A stretch of DNA of 64,000 bases from Actinomycetes bacterium (GTDB taxonomy: Bacteria; Actinomycetota; Acidimicrobiia; Acidimicrobiales; Bog-793). Below the pieces are notes generated by a model, which did not search any database, was not told the DNA's origin, and saw only the letters and a list, made by a program, of their open reading frames with translations. Positions 42,149 through 51,321 of this stretch are shown one piece after another. The stretch covers positions 26,693-90,692 of the forward strand of contig JAKBAA010000001.1 of NCBI GenBank assembly GCA_021809425.1, given 5' to 3'. The position numbers and the translations under genes were made by a program. How positions within the stretch are numbered: position 1 is the first letter of the stretch; every line of letters begins with the position of its first letter.

Positions 42149-43039
42149 GTGGGCGAGGAGGTGGCGTTGGCCGTCGGCGTGGTGCATCCGGGAGCGATGG
42201 GCGCGGCGGTGGGGGCGGCGTTGCGGGCGGTCGGCACGGAGGTGTGCTGGGCGTCCGAGGGCCGCAGCCCTGCGACGGTCGACCGGGCGGCGGCGGCCGG
42301 GTTGACCGACGTCCGGACGCTGTCGGCCCTGGCCCGCCGCTGCCCGCTCGTCCTGTCCATCTGCCCGCCGCACGCGGCCCTTGCCGTCGCCGGCCAGGTG
42401 GCCGGCGCCGGGTTCGCCGGTTGCTTCGTCGACGCCAACGCCGTGTCGCCGGCGACGGCCCGCTCGGTCGCCGCCGCCGTCGAGGCGGCCGGCGCCCGCT
42501 ACGTCGACGGCAGCCTGATCGGCCCACCGCCGGCGCCGGGGCGACCCGTCCACCTGTGGCTCTCCGGCCGTGGCGCCGACGAGGTGGCGGCGCGCTTTGC
42601 CCGGACCGACGTGCGCGCCCGTGTCGTGCAGGCCGGGGACACGGCCGCGTCCTCGTTGAAGGCCGCCTTCGCCGCCTGGACGAAGGGTTCGGCGGCGCTG
42701 CTGCTCGCTGTCCGGGCCCTGGCGCGCGCGAGCGGCGTCGAGCAGGAGCTGCTCCTCGAGTGGGCCGACCTGTCCCCGGCCCTCACCGGCGACAGCGACC
42801 GGGCGGCCCTGCAGGCGGCGCGCAAGGGCTGGCGGTGGGTCGGCGAGATGCACGAGATCGCCGCGACCTTCGCGGCGGTTGGTATTCCCCCTGGATTCCA
42901 CGAGGCAGCAGCCGAGGTCTATGGCGCCGTCGCGCCCGAGCCGCATGTGCCGCCCGAGCATCCCGTGCCGCCCGTGCCGCCCGTGCCGCCCGTGCCGCCC
43001 GGACGAGCGGCGCCGGCGACGGGCGCCCGGGCAGGCTGA
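42149..43039 (+). CDS. NAD(P)-binding dehydrogenase with a DUF1932-like C-domain
   Basis: The segments GVVHPGAMGAAVG and SSLKAAFAAWTKG are typical. The start is uncertain: GTG 42149, or TTG 42167 after GAGGAGG. The C-terminal (PVP)n tail comes from a 9-nt repeat at 42947-43000. Confidence 0.7.
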   Translation: MGEEVALAVGVVHPGAMGAAVGAALRAVGTEVCWASEGRSPATVDRAAAAGLTDVRTLSALARRCPLVLSICPPHAALAVAGQVAGAGFAGCFVDANAVSPATARSVAAAVEAAGARYVDGSLIGPPPAPGRPVHLWLSGRGADEVAARFARTDVRARVVQAGDTAASSLKAAFAAWTKGSAALLLAVRALARASGVEQELLLEWADLSPALTGDSDRAALQAARKGWRWVGEMHEIAATFAAVGIPPGFHEAAAEVYGAVAPEPHVPPEHPVPPVPPVPPVPPGRAAPATGARAG

Positions 43040-43042
43040 ACC

Positions 43043-43528
43043 GTGCGCTTCCACGCCGAGCACCGGTTCGCCTCGCCGCCGCCGGCCGTGGCCGACGTGC
43101 TGGCGGACGCCGACTTCTATCGCAGCCTCGACCTCGCCGACGTCGCCGTCCCCGAGGTGCTGGCAGCGGCGAGCGACGGGACGAGTGCCGTCGTGCGCCT
43201 CCGCTACGAGTTCACCGGCCACCTCGATCCGCTGGTGCGCCGGCTGCTCGCCGGGCGGCCGCTCACCTGGCTGCAGGAGCTTCGCCTGGACCGGGCAGAC
43301 GGGACCGGCGAGCTCGAGCTCCACGCCGAGGCCGCCCCGGGGCGCTTGCGGGGTCGGGCGACCTTCCAGCTGGTCGCCGACGGCGCCGGCACGCTGCGGC
43401 GGCTGGACGGCGAGCTCGTGGTCGCCCTGGTTGGGCTCGGCCGGGGGGTCGAGGGGCGGATCGTCCCCGGCATCCTCGCCCGGCTCGACCGGGAGGCCGA
43501 CGCCGTCCGGGCCCGCCTGGACGTCTGA
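43043..43528 (+). CDS. DUF2505 (SRPBCC-like) domain protein
   Basis: 161-aa ORF. The sequence runs MRFHAEHRF...DADFY, then LRYEF, then the C-terminus, as in DUF2505 proteins. Confidence 0.65.
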   Translation: MRFHAEHRFASPPPAVADVLADADFYRSLDLADVAVPEVLAAASDGTSAVVRLRYEFTGHLDPLVRRLLAGRPLTWLQELRLDRADGTGELELHAEAAPGRLRGRATFQLVADGAGTLRRLDGELVVALVGLGRGVEGRIVPGILARLDREADAVRARLDV

Positions 43529-43914
43529 CCCGGCACCGCGTCCGCAGGCCGGGACCGGTGAGCCCGCCGGCCCGGTCCGGCGCGTTTGCCCGGTCGCCCG
43601 GGAGGGCAGGCGGTTGGTGCACGCCGGCACCGACGACCGGTGGCCAAGCGGGGTGCTGTGACCGCAGGGTCGCGGCAGAGGCGAGGAGGGAGTGGTCGAT
43701 GATGCGACGGTCCTTGCGACGGCCCGGCCCGGGCAGGCGTACCCGCACGAGCACGAGCGGTCCGTGCCCCTGGTCGGCGGGCTCGTGGTCGCCGCCGTGC
43801 GCCGGTGCGCTCGTGCTGCGGGCGCCGGTGCGCACGGCGGCCGAGCTCGCCGCCACCGGCGTGGCCCACCCGACCGTCTAGGACCCCGCCGCCGCCGCCC
43901 GCTACGCTGCCCGG

Positions 43915-44493
43915 ATGGGCCTGGCGGGGGAGTTCGGCTCGGTCCGCCACCTCGTCGGGCGCTTCTTCGGCGCCCTGTCGCCGGCCGGCCCCCGGCCGGA
44001 CGACGAGCAGTGGGCGCTCGCCCAGCTGCTGCCGGGCGAGCAGGCGCTGTGGGCGCGCATGTCCGGGCCCGATCGCCGGCACGCCGTCGGGGTCGCCCGG
44101 GACGCCCTGGGGCGTCTCTCGGAGGACGGCGGGACCCCGGGCCGCGAGGTGGCGGCGAGCGCCCTGCTCCACGACGTCGGCAAGGTGGCATCCGGGCTCG
44201 GCACCTTCGGCCGGGTCGGGGCGACGGTGGTGACGCTCGTCGTGGGCCGCGACCGTCTTGTCGGACCCGGACCCGGACCCGGCGCAGGCCCTCGGGCGGG
44301 GGACCGGCCGGGGAGCTGGCGGCAGCGCCTTGCCGCCTACCTGACCCACGACCGGATCGGCGCCGAGCTGCTGCGTGCCGCCGGCAGCCACCCCGACACC
44401 GTGGCGTGGGCCGGCGAGCACCACCTGCCGAGCGGGCAGTGGACCCTGGAGCGCCGGGTGGCCGACGCCCTCAAGGCGGCGGACGGCGACTGA
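43915..44493 (+). CDS. HD domain-containing protein
   Basis: The segments RRHAVGVA and LLHDVGK match HD proteins. The C-terminus reads W.GEHH. Confidence 0.75.
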   Translation: MGLAGEFGSVRHLVGRFFGALSPAGPRPDDEQWALAQLLPGEQALWARMSGPDRRHAVGVARDALGRLSEDGGTPGREVAASALLHDVGKVASGLGTFGRVGATVVTLVVGRDRLVGPGPGPGAGPRAGDRPGSWRQRLAAYLTHDRIGAELLRAAGSHPDTVAWAGEHHLPSGQWTLERRVADALKAADGD

Positions 44494-44544
44494 GCTCCAG
44501 GCGGGTCGGGCCAGGCGGGCCGGCGCACGCCCGGGCGGGGCGGC

Positions 44545-45273
44545 CTAGTCGGGCGGGGCGGCGTCCTTCGAGAGGATGCGGACCGTCGGGACCGGCTCGA
44601 CCCGGCGGCTGCCCGGCGGCGGTGTCGGCGTGCGGCGACCGCCCGGGGCAGTCGCCTGCTGGCCGTCGGCGGTCGCCCGCTTGTAGGAGCGGTAGCGGTG
44701 GACGATGGCGAGGGCGAGGGCGACGACGGCGAGCGCCCCGAGCAGGTAGCCGGCGTCGTTGAACCCGTGGACGATCGTCTGCCAGCGCGTGCCGACCCCG
44801 TAGCCGATGCCGGCCCAGGCGCCGTCCCAGATGAGCGAGCCGAGCAGGGTCAAGAGGCCGAAGCGGACGAGGGGCACCTCGGCGACACCGGCCGGGAGGG
44901 CGACGAAGTTGCGGATGACCGGAAGAAGCCGGCTGCCGAACACGCCGAAGCGGCCGTGCCGCTGGTACCAGGCCTCGGCCCGGTTGAGGTCGTGGTGGCT
45001 GAGCAGGACGTACTTGCCGAACCGGTCCACGAAGGCCCGTCCGCCGGTGCGCCCGATGATCCAGGCGATGTAGGCACCGACGAGCTCGCCGCCGGCTCCG
45101 GCGGCGATGGCGTAGGGGAGGCTCAGCTTGTGCTCGGCGGCGAGCACGCCGGCGAAGCCGAGGGTGAGCTCCGACGAGGTCGGGACGCAGCAGGACTGCA
45201 GCACCGAGAGGAAGAAGATCGCGGCGTAACCGGACGAGGCGACGAGCGTCTGCGGGTTGAGGAGCGCGAGCAC
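44545..45273 (-). CDS. DedA family membrane protein
   Basis: The segments SSELTLGFAG, RLLPVIRNFVALPAG and SLIWDG match DedA proteins. Confidence 0.85.
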   Translation of the reverse strand: MLALLNPQTLVASSGYAAIFFLSVLQSCCVPTSSELTLGFAGVLAAEHKLSLPYAIAAGAGGELVGAYIAWIIGRTGGRAFVDRFGKYVLLSHHDLNRAEAWYQRHGRFGVFGSRLLPVIRNFVALPAGVAEVPLVRFGLLTLLGSLIWDGAWAGIGYGVGTRWQTIVHGFNDAGYLLGALAVVALALAIVHRYRSYKRATADGQQATAPGGRRTPTPPPGSRRVEPVPTVRILSKDAAPPD

Positions 45274-45510
45274 ATGCCTACGCTAGGCGATGGAGCCAGC
45301 GGCGTGGTGCCACGGCGCGTGCTGCCTCCCGCCGTTCCGGCCGGACGCGTGGGCGCACCGAGCGGCGGCCGGCGGATCGCCCGCCGCTCGTGACGTTCGG
45401 CCCTAGGTCGGCGGGGGCGGGTGGGCGATGGTGGGGTTGGCCCATGACCAGGGCCCCGCCGCCGGCGGGAGCGCCGCCGGCGCGGCCAAGGCGACGAGGG
45501 ACGGTGCGAC

Positions 45511-47940
45511 ATGGCGACCTACGTGCGCTTCTTCGAGGAGATCGGCATGGGGGACGTCGCCGTGGCGGGGGGCAAGAACGCCAACCTCGGCGAGCTGTAC
45601 CGCAACCTTTCGGCGGCCGGGATCCGGGTCCCGAACGGCTTCGTGCTGACGGCGGACGCCTACCGGTACGTGATGGACGAGGCGAAGGCGTGGGAGCCGC
45701 TGCACGAGGCGCTCGACGGGCTCGACCCGAGCGACCTCGAGGACCTGGCGCGGCGCGGTCGCCGGGCGCGGGAGATCGTGTACGGCGCCGGCATGCCCCA
45801 CCCGCTCGTCGACGAGCTGCTCGCCGGCTACCACGAGCTGCAGCGGCAGTACGGGCCCGAGCTGCGCCTCGCCGTGCGGTCGTCGGCGACGGCGGAGGAC
45901 CTGCCGACGGCGAGCTTCGCCGGCCAGCAGGAGACGTTCCTCAACGTACGCGGCGACGACCAGCTGGTGGATGCCTGCCGCCGCTGCTTCGCCAGCCTGT
46001 TCACCGACCGGTCGATCCATTACCGGATCGACCAGGGATTCGACCACTACTCGGTGGCGCTGTCGATCGGGGTGATGAAGCTCGTCCGCTCCGACCTGGC
46101 CTCGTCGGGCGTCATGTTCAGCATCGACACCGAGACGGGCTTCCCCGACGTCGTGTTCATCACCGGCTCGTACGGGCTCGGCGAGAACGTGGTCCAGGGC
46201 ACCGTCGACCCGGACGAGCTGTACGTGCACAAGCCGACCTACGAGCGCGGCCACCGGACCGTGCTGCGGCGACGCCGCGGCGACAAGGCGGTCAAGCTGG
46301 TGCTGGTCGACGGGGAGACCGGTCGCACCACCCGCAACGTGCCGACGCCGAAGGCCGACCGGGCGCGGTTCTGCCTGACCGACGACGAGGCGCTCGAGCT
46401 CGCCGGCTACGCCGTGGCGATCGAGCGCCACTACGACCGTCCGATGGACATGGAGTGGGCGAAGGATGGCATCGACGGCCTGCTCTACATGGTCCAGGCC
46501 CGCCCGGAGACGGTGGCGTCGCAGCGGGCGGCGACGACGCTCGAGCGCTACCTGCTGGACGTGCCAGAGGGCGGCGAGGTCACGGTGCTCGTCGAGGGCC
46601 GGGCCGTCGGCGAGCGTGCGGCATCGGGCGAGGTCCGGGTGATCGACCGGCTCGACCAGCTGTCGAGGTTCCGGCCGGGCGAGGTCCTCGTCGCCGACAC
46701 GACGACGCCGGACTGGGAGCCGGTGATGAAGAAGGCAAAGGCCATCGTGACGAACCGGGGCGGGCGGACCTGCCACGCCGCCATCGTCGCCCGCGAGCTC
46801 GGGATCCCGGCAGTGGTGGGCACGGCGACGGCGACACAGGTCCTGCACAGCGGCGCCCCCGTCACCGTGTCGTGCGCCGAGGGGGAGACCGGGCGGGTCT
46901 ACGCCGGGGCGCTCCCGTTCCACGTCGAGCGGTCCGAGCTCGGCGAGCTCGCCCGGCCGGCGACCGAGGTGATGGTCAACCTGGGCAATCCCGACCTGGC
47001 CTTCTCGACGTCGTTCCTTCCGAACGACGGCGTCGGTCTGGCCCGGATGGAGTTCATCGTGAGCGAGCACGTCCGTGCCCACCCGCTCGCCCTGCTCCAT
47101 CCCGAGCGGGTGGTCGACCCGTCGGAGCGGGCCGCCATCGCCGAGCTCGTGGCCGGCTACCCGGACGGCGGTGCCTACTTCGTCGAGCGGCTGTCGGAGG
47201 GCATCGGCACGATCGCGGCGGCGTTCTACCCGAAGCCGGTGGTCGTGCGGATGTCGGACTTCAAGACCAACGAGTACGCCACCCTGCTCGGCGGGGCGGC
47301 GTTCGAGCCGGTCGAGGACAACCCGATGCTCGGGTTCCGGGGTGCCAGCCGGTACGCCCACCCGGCCTACGAGGAGGGGTTCGCCCTCGAGTGCGCCGCC
47401 ATGCGCCGGGTGCGAGAGGACATGGGGCTCGACAACGTCGTGCTCATGCTGCCGTTCGTGCGGCGGGTCGACGAGGCCGAGCGGGTGCTCGGGCGGATGG
47501 CCGACCTCGGCCTTCGCCGGGGCGAGCACGGGCTGAAGATCTACGCCATGTGCGAGGTGCCGAGCAACGTCGTCGCCATCGACCGGTTCGCCCCGCTGTT
47601 CGACGGGCTCTCGATCGGCTCGAACGACCTCACCCAGCTCACCCTCGGGGTCGACCGGGACAGCGAGCTCGTGGCGTTCGACTACGACGAGCGGGACGAG
47701 GCGGTGAAGGAGATGCTGCGGCTCGCCGTCGAGGGGTGCGCCCGCAACGGGATCCACTCGGGACTGTGCGGCCAGGCGCCGTCGGACCTGCCCGAGATCG
47801 CCGAGTACCTGGTCGAGCTCGGGATCGACTCGGTCAGCCTCAACCCCGACAGCGTGCTGCGGGTGACCCGGCACCTGCACGAGGTCGAGCAGCGGATCGG
47901 CCGGTCGCCACGCCCGGACCCGGCGGGTTCGGCCGTCTGA
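45511..47940 (+). CDS. ppsA: phosphoenolpyruvate synthase
   Basis: 809 aa. The N-terminus includes GGKNANLGEL. The phosphohistidine motif is GGRTCHAAIVARELGIP. The C-terminus is a PEP-utilising TIM barrel. Confidence 0.95.
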   Translation: MATYVRFFEEIGMGDVAVAGGKNANLGELYRNLSAAGIRVPNGFVLTADAYRYVMDEAKAWEPLHEALDGLDPSDLEDLARRGRRAREIVYGAGMPHPLVDELLAGYHELQRQYGPELRLAVRSSATAEDLPTASFAGQQETFLNVRGDDQLVDACRRCFASLFTDRSIHYRIDQGFDHYSVALSIGVMKLVRSDLASSGVMFSIDTETGFPDVVFITGSYGLGENVVQGTVDPDELYVHKPTYERGHRTVLRRRRGDKAVKLVLVDGETGRTTRNVPTPKADRARFCLTDDEALELAGYAVAIERHYDRPMDMEWAKDGIDGLLYMVQARPETVASQRAATTLERYLLDVPEGGEVTVLVEGRAVGERAASGEVRVIDRLDQLSRFRPGEVLVADTTTPDWEPVMKKAKAIVTNRGGRTCHAAIVARELGIPAVVGTATATQVLHSGAPVTVSCAEGETGRVYAGALPFHVERSELGELARPATEVMVNLGNPDLAFSTSFLPNDGVGLARMEFIVSEHVRAHPLALLHPERVVDPSERAAIAELVAGYPDGGAYFVERLSEGIGTIAAAFYPKPVVVRMSDFKTNEYATLLGGAAFEPVEDNPMLGFRGASRYAHPAYEEGFALECAAMRRVREDMGLDNVVLMLPFVRRVDEAERVLGRMADLGLRRGEHGLKIYAMCEVPSNVVAIDRFAPLFDGLSIGSNDLTQLTLGVDRDSELVAFDYDERDEAVKEMLRLAVEGCARNGIHSGLCGQAPSDLPEIAEYLVELGIDSVSLNPDSVLRVTRHLHEVEQRIGRSPRPDPAGSAV

Positions 47941-47946
47941 GCGGGG

Positions 47947-48423
47947 GTGGGGGCCATGGCCGAGGTGCGCACCGGCGTGTCGGGGGTCCCCCCGGCGCCC
48001 GAGCGGGCGGGTCGACCGGTAGTCGTCGGGGTCGACGGCTCGTCAGGGAGCGTGGCGGCGCTCCGCTGGGCGGCCGACTACGCCGCGCTGACCGGCTCGT
48101 CCCTCCATGCCGTCATCGCCTGGGAGCACGACACGGGCTTCGGGTTCCAGCTGCGCGGCGGCACCCTCCACGACGAGGCCCGGCACCGCCTGGAGCAGGC
48201 TGTCCACAAGGCCATCGGCGCCGGGGCCGACCGGGTGGTGCTCGAGGTCGTCGAAGGCCGGCCGGAGGAGGTGCTCGTCCAGGCGTCGCGGGGCGCCGGG
48301 CTGCTCGTTGTCGGCGAGCGTGGCTACGCCGGGGTCGCCGGCCTCCTGCTCGGCCACTGCGGCGAGGCGTGCATGCGGCACGCTGCGTGCACCACCGTGC
48401 TCGTGCGCGGCGACGGCCACTGA
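47947..48423 (+). CDS. universal stress protein
   Basis: The segments VVVGVDGSSGSVAALRWA and LLVVGERG.....LLGHCGEACMRHAACTTVLV match UspA-family proteins. An alternative start is ATG 47956. Confidence 0.8.
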   Translation: MGAMAEVRTGVSGVPPAPERAGRPVVVGVDGSSGSVAALRWAADYAALTGSSLHAVIAWEHDTGFGFQLRGGTLHDEARHRLEQAVHKAIGAGADRVVLEVVEGRPEEVLVQASRGAGLLVVGERGYAGVAGLLLGHCGEACMRHAACTTVLVRGDGH

Positions 48424-48463
48424 CCTTCCGGGGTGCCCGGCGGGCGGCCGCTACGGTGTGGCC

Positions 48464-49810
48464 ATGCCTGCCGGGAGCGACGCCGGGCCCGGCAGGGCGG
48501 TCCGGGGCGTCGGCACGACCGCCGTGGTGCTGCTCACGCGGGACCTGCGCGTGCACGACAACCCGGCCCTCGTTGCTGCCTGTGCCACCCACGAGCGGGT
48601 GCTGCCGCTGTTCGTGCTGGACGACCGGATCGTGGCCGGGGCACGCTCGTCGCTCCTCGCCGACGCGCTCGGGGCGCTCCGGACGGGCCTGCGGGCGCGC
48701 GGCGGCGACCTCGTCGTGCGCCGGGGCGACCCGGTCGCCTGCGCCGTGGCGCTCGCCCGCGACCACGCGGCCGACACGGTGGTGTGCGGGCGCGACGTGA
48801 CGGCGTTCGCGGCCCGACGGGAGCGGCGGCTGGCGGTCGCCTGCGGCAGCGATCGGATGGCGCTCCGGCTCGTGGACGCCGTCGGCGTGGTGGCTCCCGG
48901 CGCGCTCCGGCCGGCAAGCGGTGACCACTACAAGGTGTTCACCCCTTACTTCCGGGCGTGGTCGGGCGCCCGGTGGCGGACCGTGCTCGACCCGCCGGCC
49001 GCCGTGCGGCTCCCCGAGGGCGTCGAGGTGGGGGCCCTCCCGCCGGGAGGCGACGGGTCGGGCCGCCCCCATCCCTTCGGCGGTGGCGAGCCGGCCGCCC
49101 GCCGGCGGATGGCTCGGTTCCTCGGGGACGGTCTCGGCGCCTACCTTGTCGCCCAGACCGACCTCGCGGCGGACGCCACGAGCCGGCTGTCGGCCGATCT
49201 CCACCTCGGTTGCCTGTCGGCGCTCGAGCTGGCGACGGCGGCCCGCGACGCCGAAGCGGGCGGTGACGCGGGCGCGGGCGGTGGCGCGGGCGGGGCGGCG
49301 ACGGCGTCCGGCGTGACGGCGGCGTCCGAGAGCGCGGCGGCCTTCGCCCGGTCGCTGTGCTGGCGGGACTTCTTCGACCAGGTGCTCGCCGCCCGCCCGT
49401 CGGTCGCGGTCGAGGACTACCGGCCCCGCCGGCAACCCTGGCGGGACGACCCGGGCGCGCTCGCCGCCTGGCGGGAGGGGCGCACGGGGGTGGCGCTCGT
49501 CGACGCCGGCATGCGCCAGCTGGCGAGCGAGGGGTACCTGCACAACCGGGTGCGGCTGCTCGTGGCCTCGTACCTGACGAAGCAGCTCGGGGTGCACTGG
49601 CGGGAGGGGGCCGACCACTTCGAGCGGCTGCTCGTCGACGCCGACGTGGCGAACAACCGGATGAACTGGCAGTGGGCGGCCGGCACGGGCAACGACCCGC
49701 GGCCCAACCGGATGCTCAGCCCCGAGCGACAGGCCGCCAAGCTCGACCCGACCGGCGCCTACGTGCGCCGCCACCTCGGCGACCGGCCGCGGCCGGGCCG
49801 CCTGTGGTGA
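48464..49810 (+). CDS. phr: deoxyribodipyrimidine photolyase / cryptochrome family protein
   Basis: ATG 48464. The segments LRVHDNPAL, YKVFTPY, TSRLSADLHLGC and DADVANNRMNWQWAAG match photolyases. Confidence 0.85.
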   Translation: MPAGSDAGPGRAVRGVGTTAVVLLTRDLRVHDNPALVAACATHERVLPLFVLDDRIVAGARSSLLADALGALRTGLRARGGDLVVRRGDPVACAVALARDHAADTVVCGRDVTAFAARRERRLAVACGSDRMALRLVDAVGVVAPGALRPASGDHYKVFTPYFRAWSGARWRTVLDPPAAVRLPEGVEVGALPPGGDGSGRPHPFGGGEPAARRRMARFLGDGLGAYLVAQTDLAADATSRLSADLHLGCLSALELATAARDAEAGGDAGAGGGAGGAATASGVTAASESAAAFARSLCWRDFFDQVLAARPSVAVEDYRPRRQPWRDDPGALAAWREGRTGVALVDAGMRQLASEGYLHNRVRLLVASYLTKQLGVHWREGADHFERLLVDADVANNRMNWQWAAGTGNDPRPNRMLSPERQAAKLDPTGAYVRRHLGDRPRPGRLW

Positions 49811-49823
49811 GCGGCGCCGGTGG

Positions 49824-50120
49824 TCAGCCGCCGGCCATGGCCCCGACGACGTGGAACGGCTCGACGCCGGCGGTGACCGCTGCCGGCAGTGGGGCGTCGG
49901 GGTCGTCGTGGGAGCGGTCCTCCTCGCAGGCGAAGAACCGGACGAACGGGCGGCGCCGGCCGGTGGACCGGTCCCGGATCGTCCCGCCGAGCACCGGGTA
50001 GGCGGCCTCGAGGGCGTCGAGCAGGCTGCGCTGGGTGGCGTCGTCGCCGAGATCGAGGCGCACCTCGCCGTCGACCGCCGCCAGCCGGCGGAGGTGGTAG
50101 GGGAGGACGACGCGGATCAG
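49824..50120 (-). CDS. MoaD/ThiS-like ubiquitin-fold protein ending in Gly-Gly
   Basis: The sequence (L/M)[13 protein letters not shown]...[13 protein letters not shown]...VVGAMAGG* looks like a beta-grasp protein with a GG terminus. The only in-frame start abutting the conserved N-terminus is CTG 50120, which overlaps the upstream stop (CTGA). An alternative is GTG 50177. Confidence 0.6.
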   Translation of the reverse strand: MIRVVLPYHLRRLAAVDGEVRLDLGDDATQRSLLDALEAAYPVLGGTIRDRSTGRRRPFVRFFACEEDRSHDDPDAPLPAAVTAGVEPFHVVGAMAGG

Positions 50121-51229
50121 AGCGTCTGCACCTCGACCGACAGCACGGGCGGGAGGTCGCGCACGATGGGCGCCCACGAGTCGCCGTCGTCGGCCGACGC
50201 GTACACCTGGCCGCCGGTCGTGCCCACGTAGATGCCGCACGGGTCGACCCGGTCGACGGCGAGGGCGTCACGGAGCACGTCGACGTAGCAGTGCTCCTGG
50301 GGGAGCCCGGTGGTGAGCGGCTCCCACTCGCCGCCGCCGGCCCGGCTGCGGTAGACGGCGAGCCGGCCGTCGGGCGGGTAGTGCTGGCTGTCGCTCGTGA
50401 TGGGCACGACGTACACCGTGTCGGGCTCGTGGGCGTGGACGTCGATGGCGAAGCCGAAGTCGGTCGGCAGGTCGCCGCTCACCTCGGCCCAGGTGCGTCC
50501 GCCGTCGTCGCTGCGCATGACGTCCCAGTGCTTCTGCATGAAGATGGTGTCGGGTCGGTCGGGGTGGTGGGCCAGCTTGTGGACGCAGTGGCCGACCTCG
50601 GCGTCCCCGTCCGGGAGCTGGGGGGAGCGCAGCCCGGCGTTGGACGGCTGCCAGGTGGTGCCGCCGTCGTCGCTGCGGAACACGCCGGCCGCCGAGATGG
50701 CAGCGAGGAGGCGATCGGGGCGCCCGGGAGAGAGCAGGAGGGTGTGCAGGCACATCCCCCCGGCGCCCGGCGACCAGGCGTCGCCGGAGCCGGTGGCGCG
50801 CAGGCCGGGCAGCTCGGACCAGTGCTGGCCGCCGTCGCTCGACCGGAACAGGGCGGCGTCCTGGACGCCGGCGTAGACGGCATCGGGGTCGGCGAGGTCG
50901 GGCTCGAAGTGCCAGACACGGGTGAACTCGAACGGGCGGGGCGTCCCGTCGTACCACTGGTGGGTGGCCGGGCCGCCGTCGTAGGCGAACTCGTTGCCGA
51001 CCGCCGCCCAGGTCCGCCCGCCGTCGTCGCTTCGCTGGACCACCTGGCCGAACCACCCGCTCGACTGCGAGGCGTACAGGCGGTCGGGGTCGGCCGGCGA
51101 GCCCTTCACGTGGTAGACCTCCCAGCCGCCGAAGAACGGCCCGTCCACCTCCCACGAGGCCCGGGATCCGTCCGAGCGCAGCACGAAGGCGCCCTTCCGC
51201 GTCCCCACGAGCACGCGTACCGCGGTCAC
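50117..51229 (-). CDS. BNR/Asp-box repeat beta-propeller protein (sialidase-fold, function unknown)
   Basis: GTG 51229 follows GAGGAGG. There are five Asp-boxes: RSDDGGRTW (twice), [17 protein letters not shown] and SADDGDSW. Confidence 0.8.
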   Translation of the reverse strand: MTAVRVLVGTRKGAFVLRSDGSRASWEVDGPFFGGWEVYHVKGSPADPDRLYASQSSGWFGQVVQRSDDGGRTWAAVGNEFAYDGGPATHQWYDGTPRPFEFTRVWHFEPDLADPDAVYAGVQDAALFRSSDGGQHWSELPGLRATGSGDAWSPGAGGMCLHTLLLSPGRPDRLLAAISAAGVFRSDDGGTTWQPSNAGLRSPQLPDGDAEVGHCVHKLAHHPDRPDTIFMQKHWDVMRSDDGGRTWAEVSGDLPTDFGFAIDVHAHEPDTVYVVPITSDSQHYPPDGRLAVYRSRAGGGEWEPLTTGLPQEHCYVDVLRDALAVDRVDPCGIYVGTTGGQVYASADDGDSWAPIVRDLPPVLSVEVQTL

Positions 51230-51321
51230 GGTCCCTCCTCCCGGCGCCGGCCCCCCCGGCGTCCCTCGTCGCATCCTGCCGGCTGCGGGCGCTCGTTGCA
51301 AGGGGACTGCGACTGGCCGCC

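Noticed and set aside
43692-44762. 356-aa plus-strand ORF spanning the HD-domain gene region.
   Set aside because: Beyond the first about 40 codons it is an Arg/Pro/Gly string out of frame with the well-supported HD-domain CDS (43915..44493).
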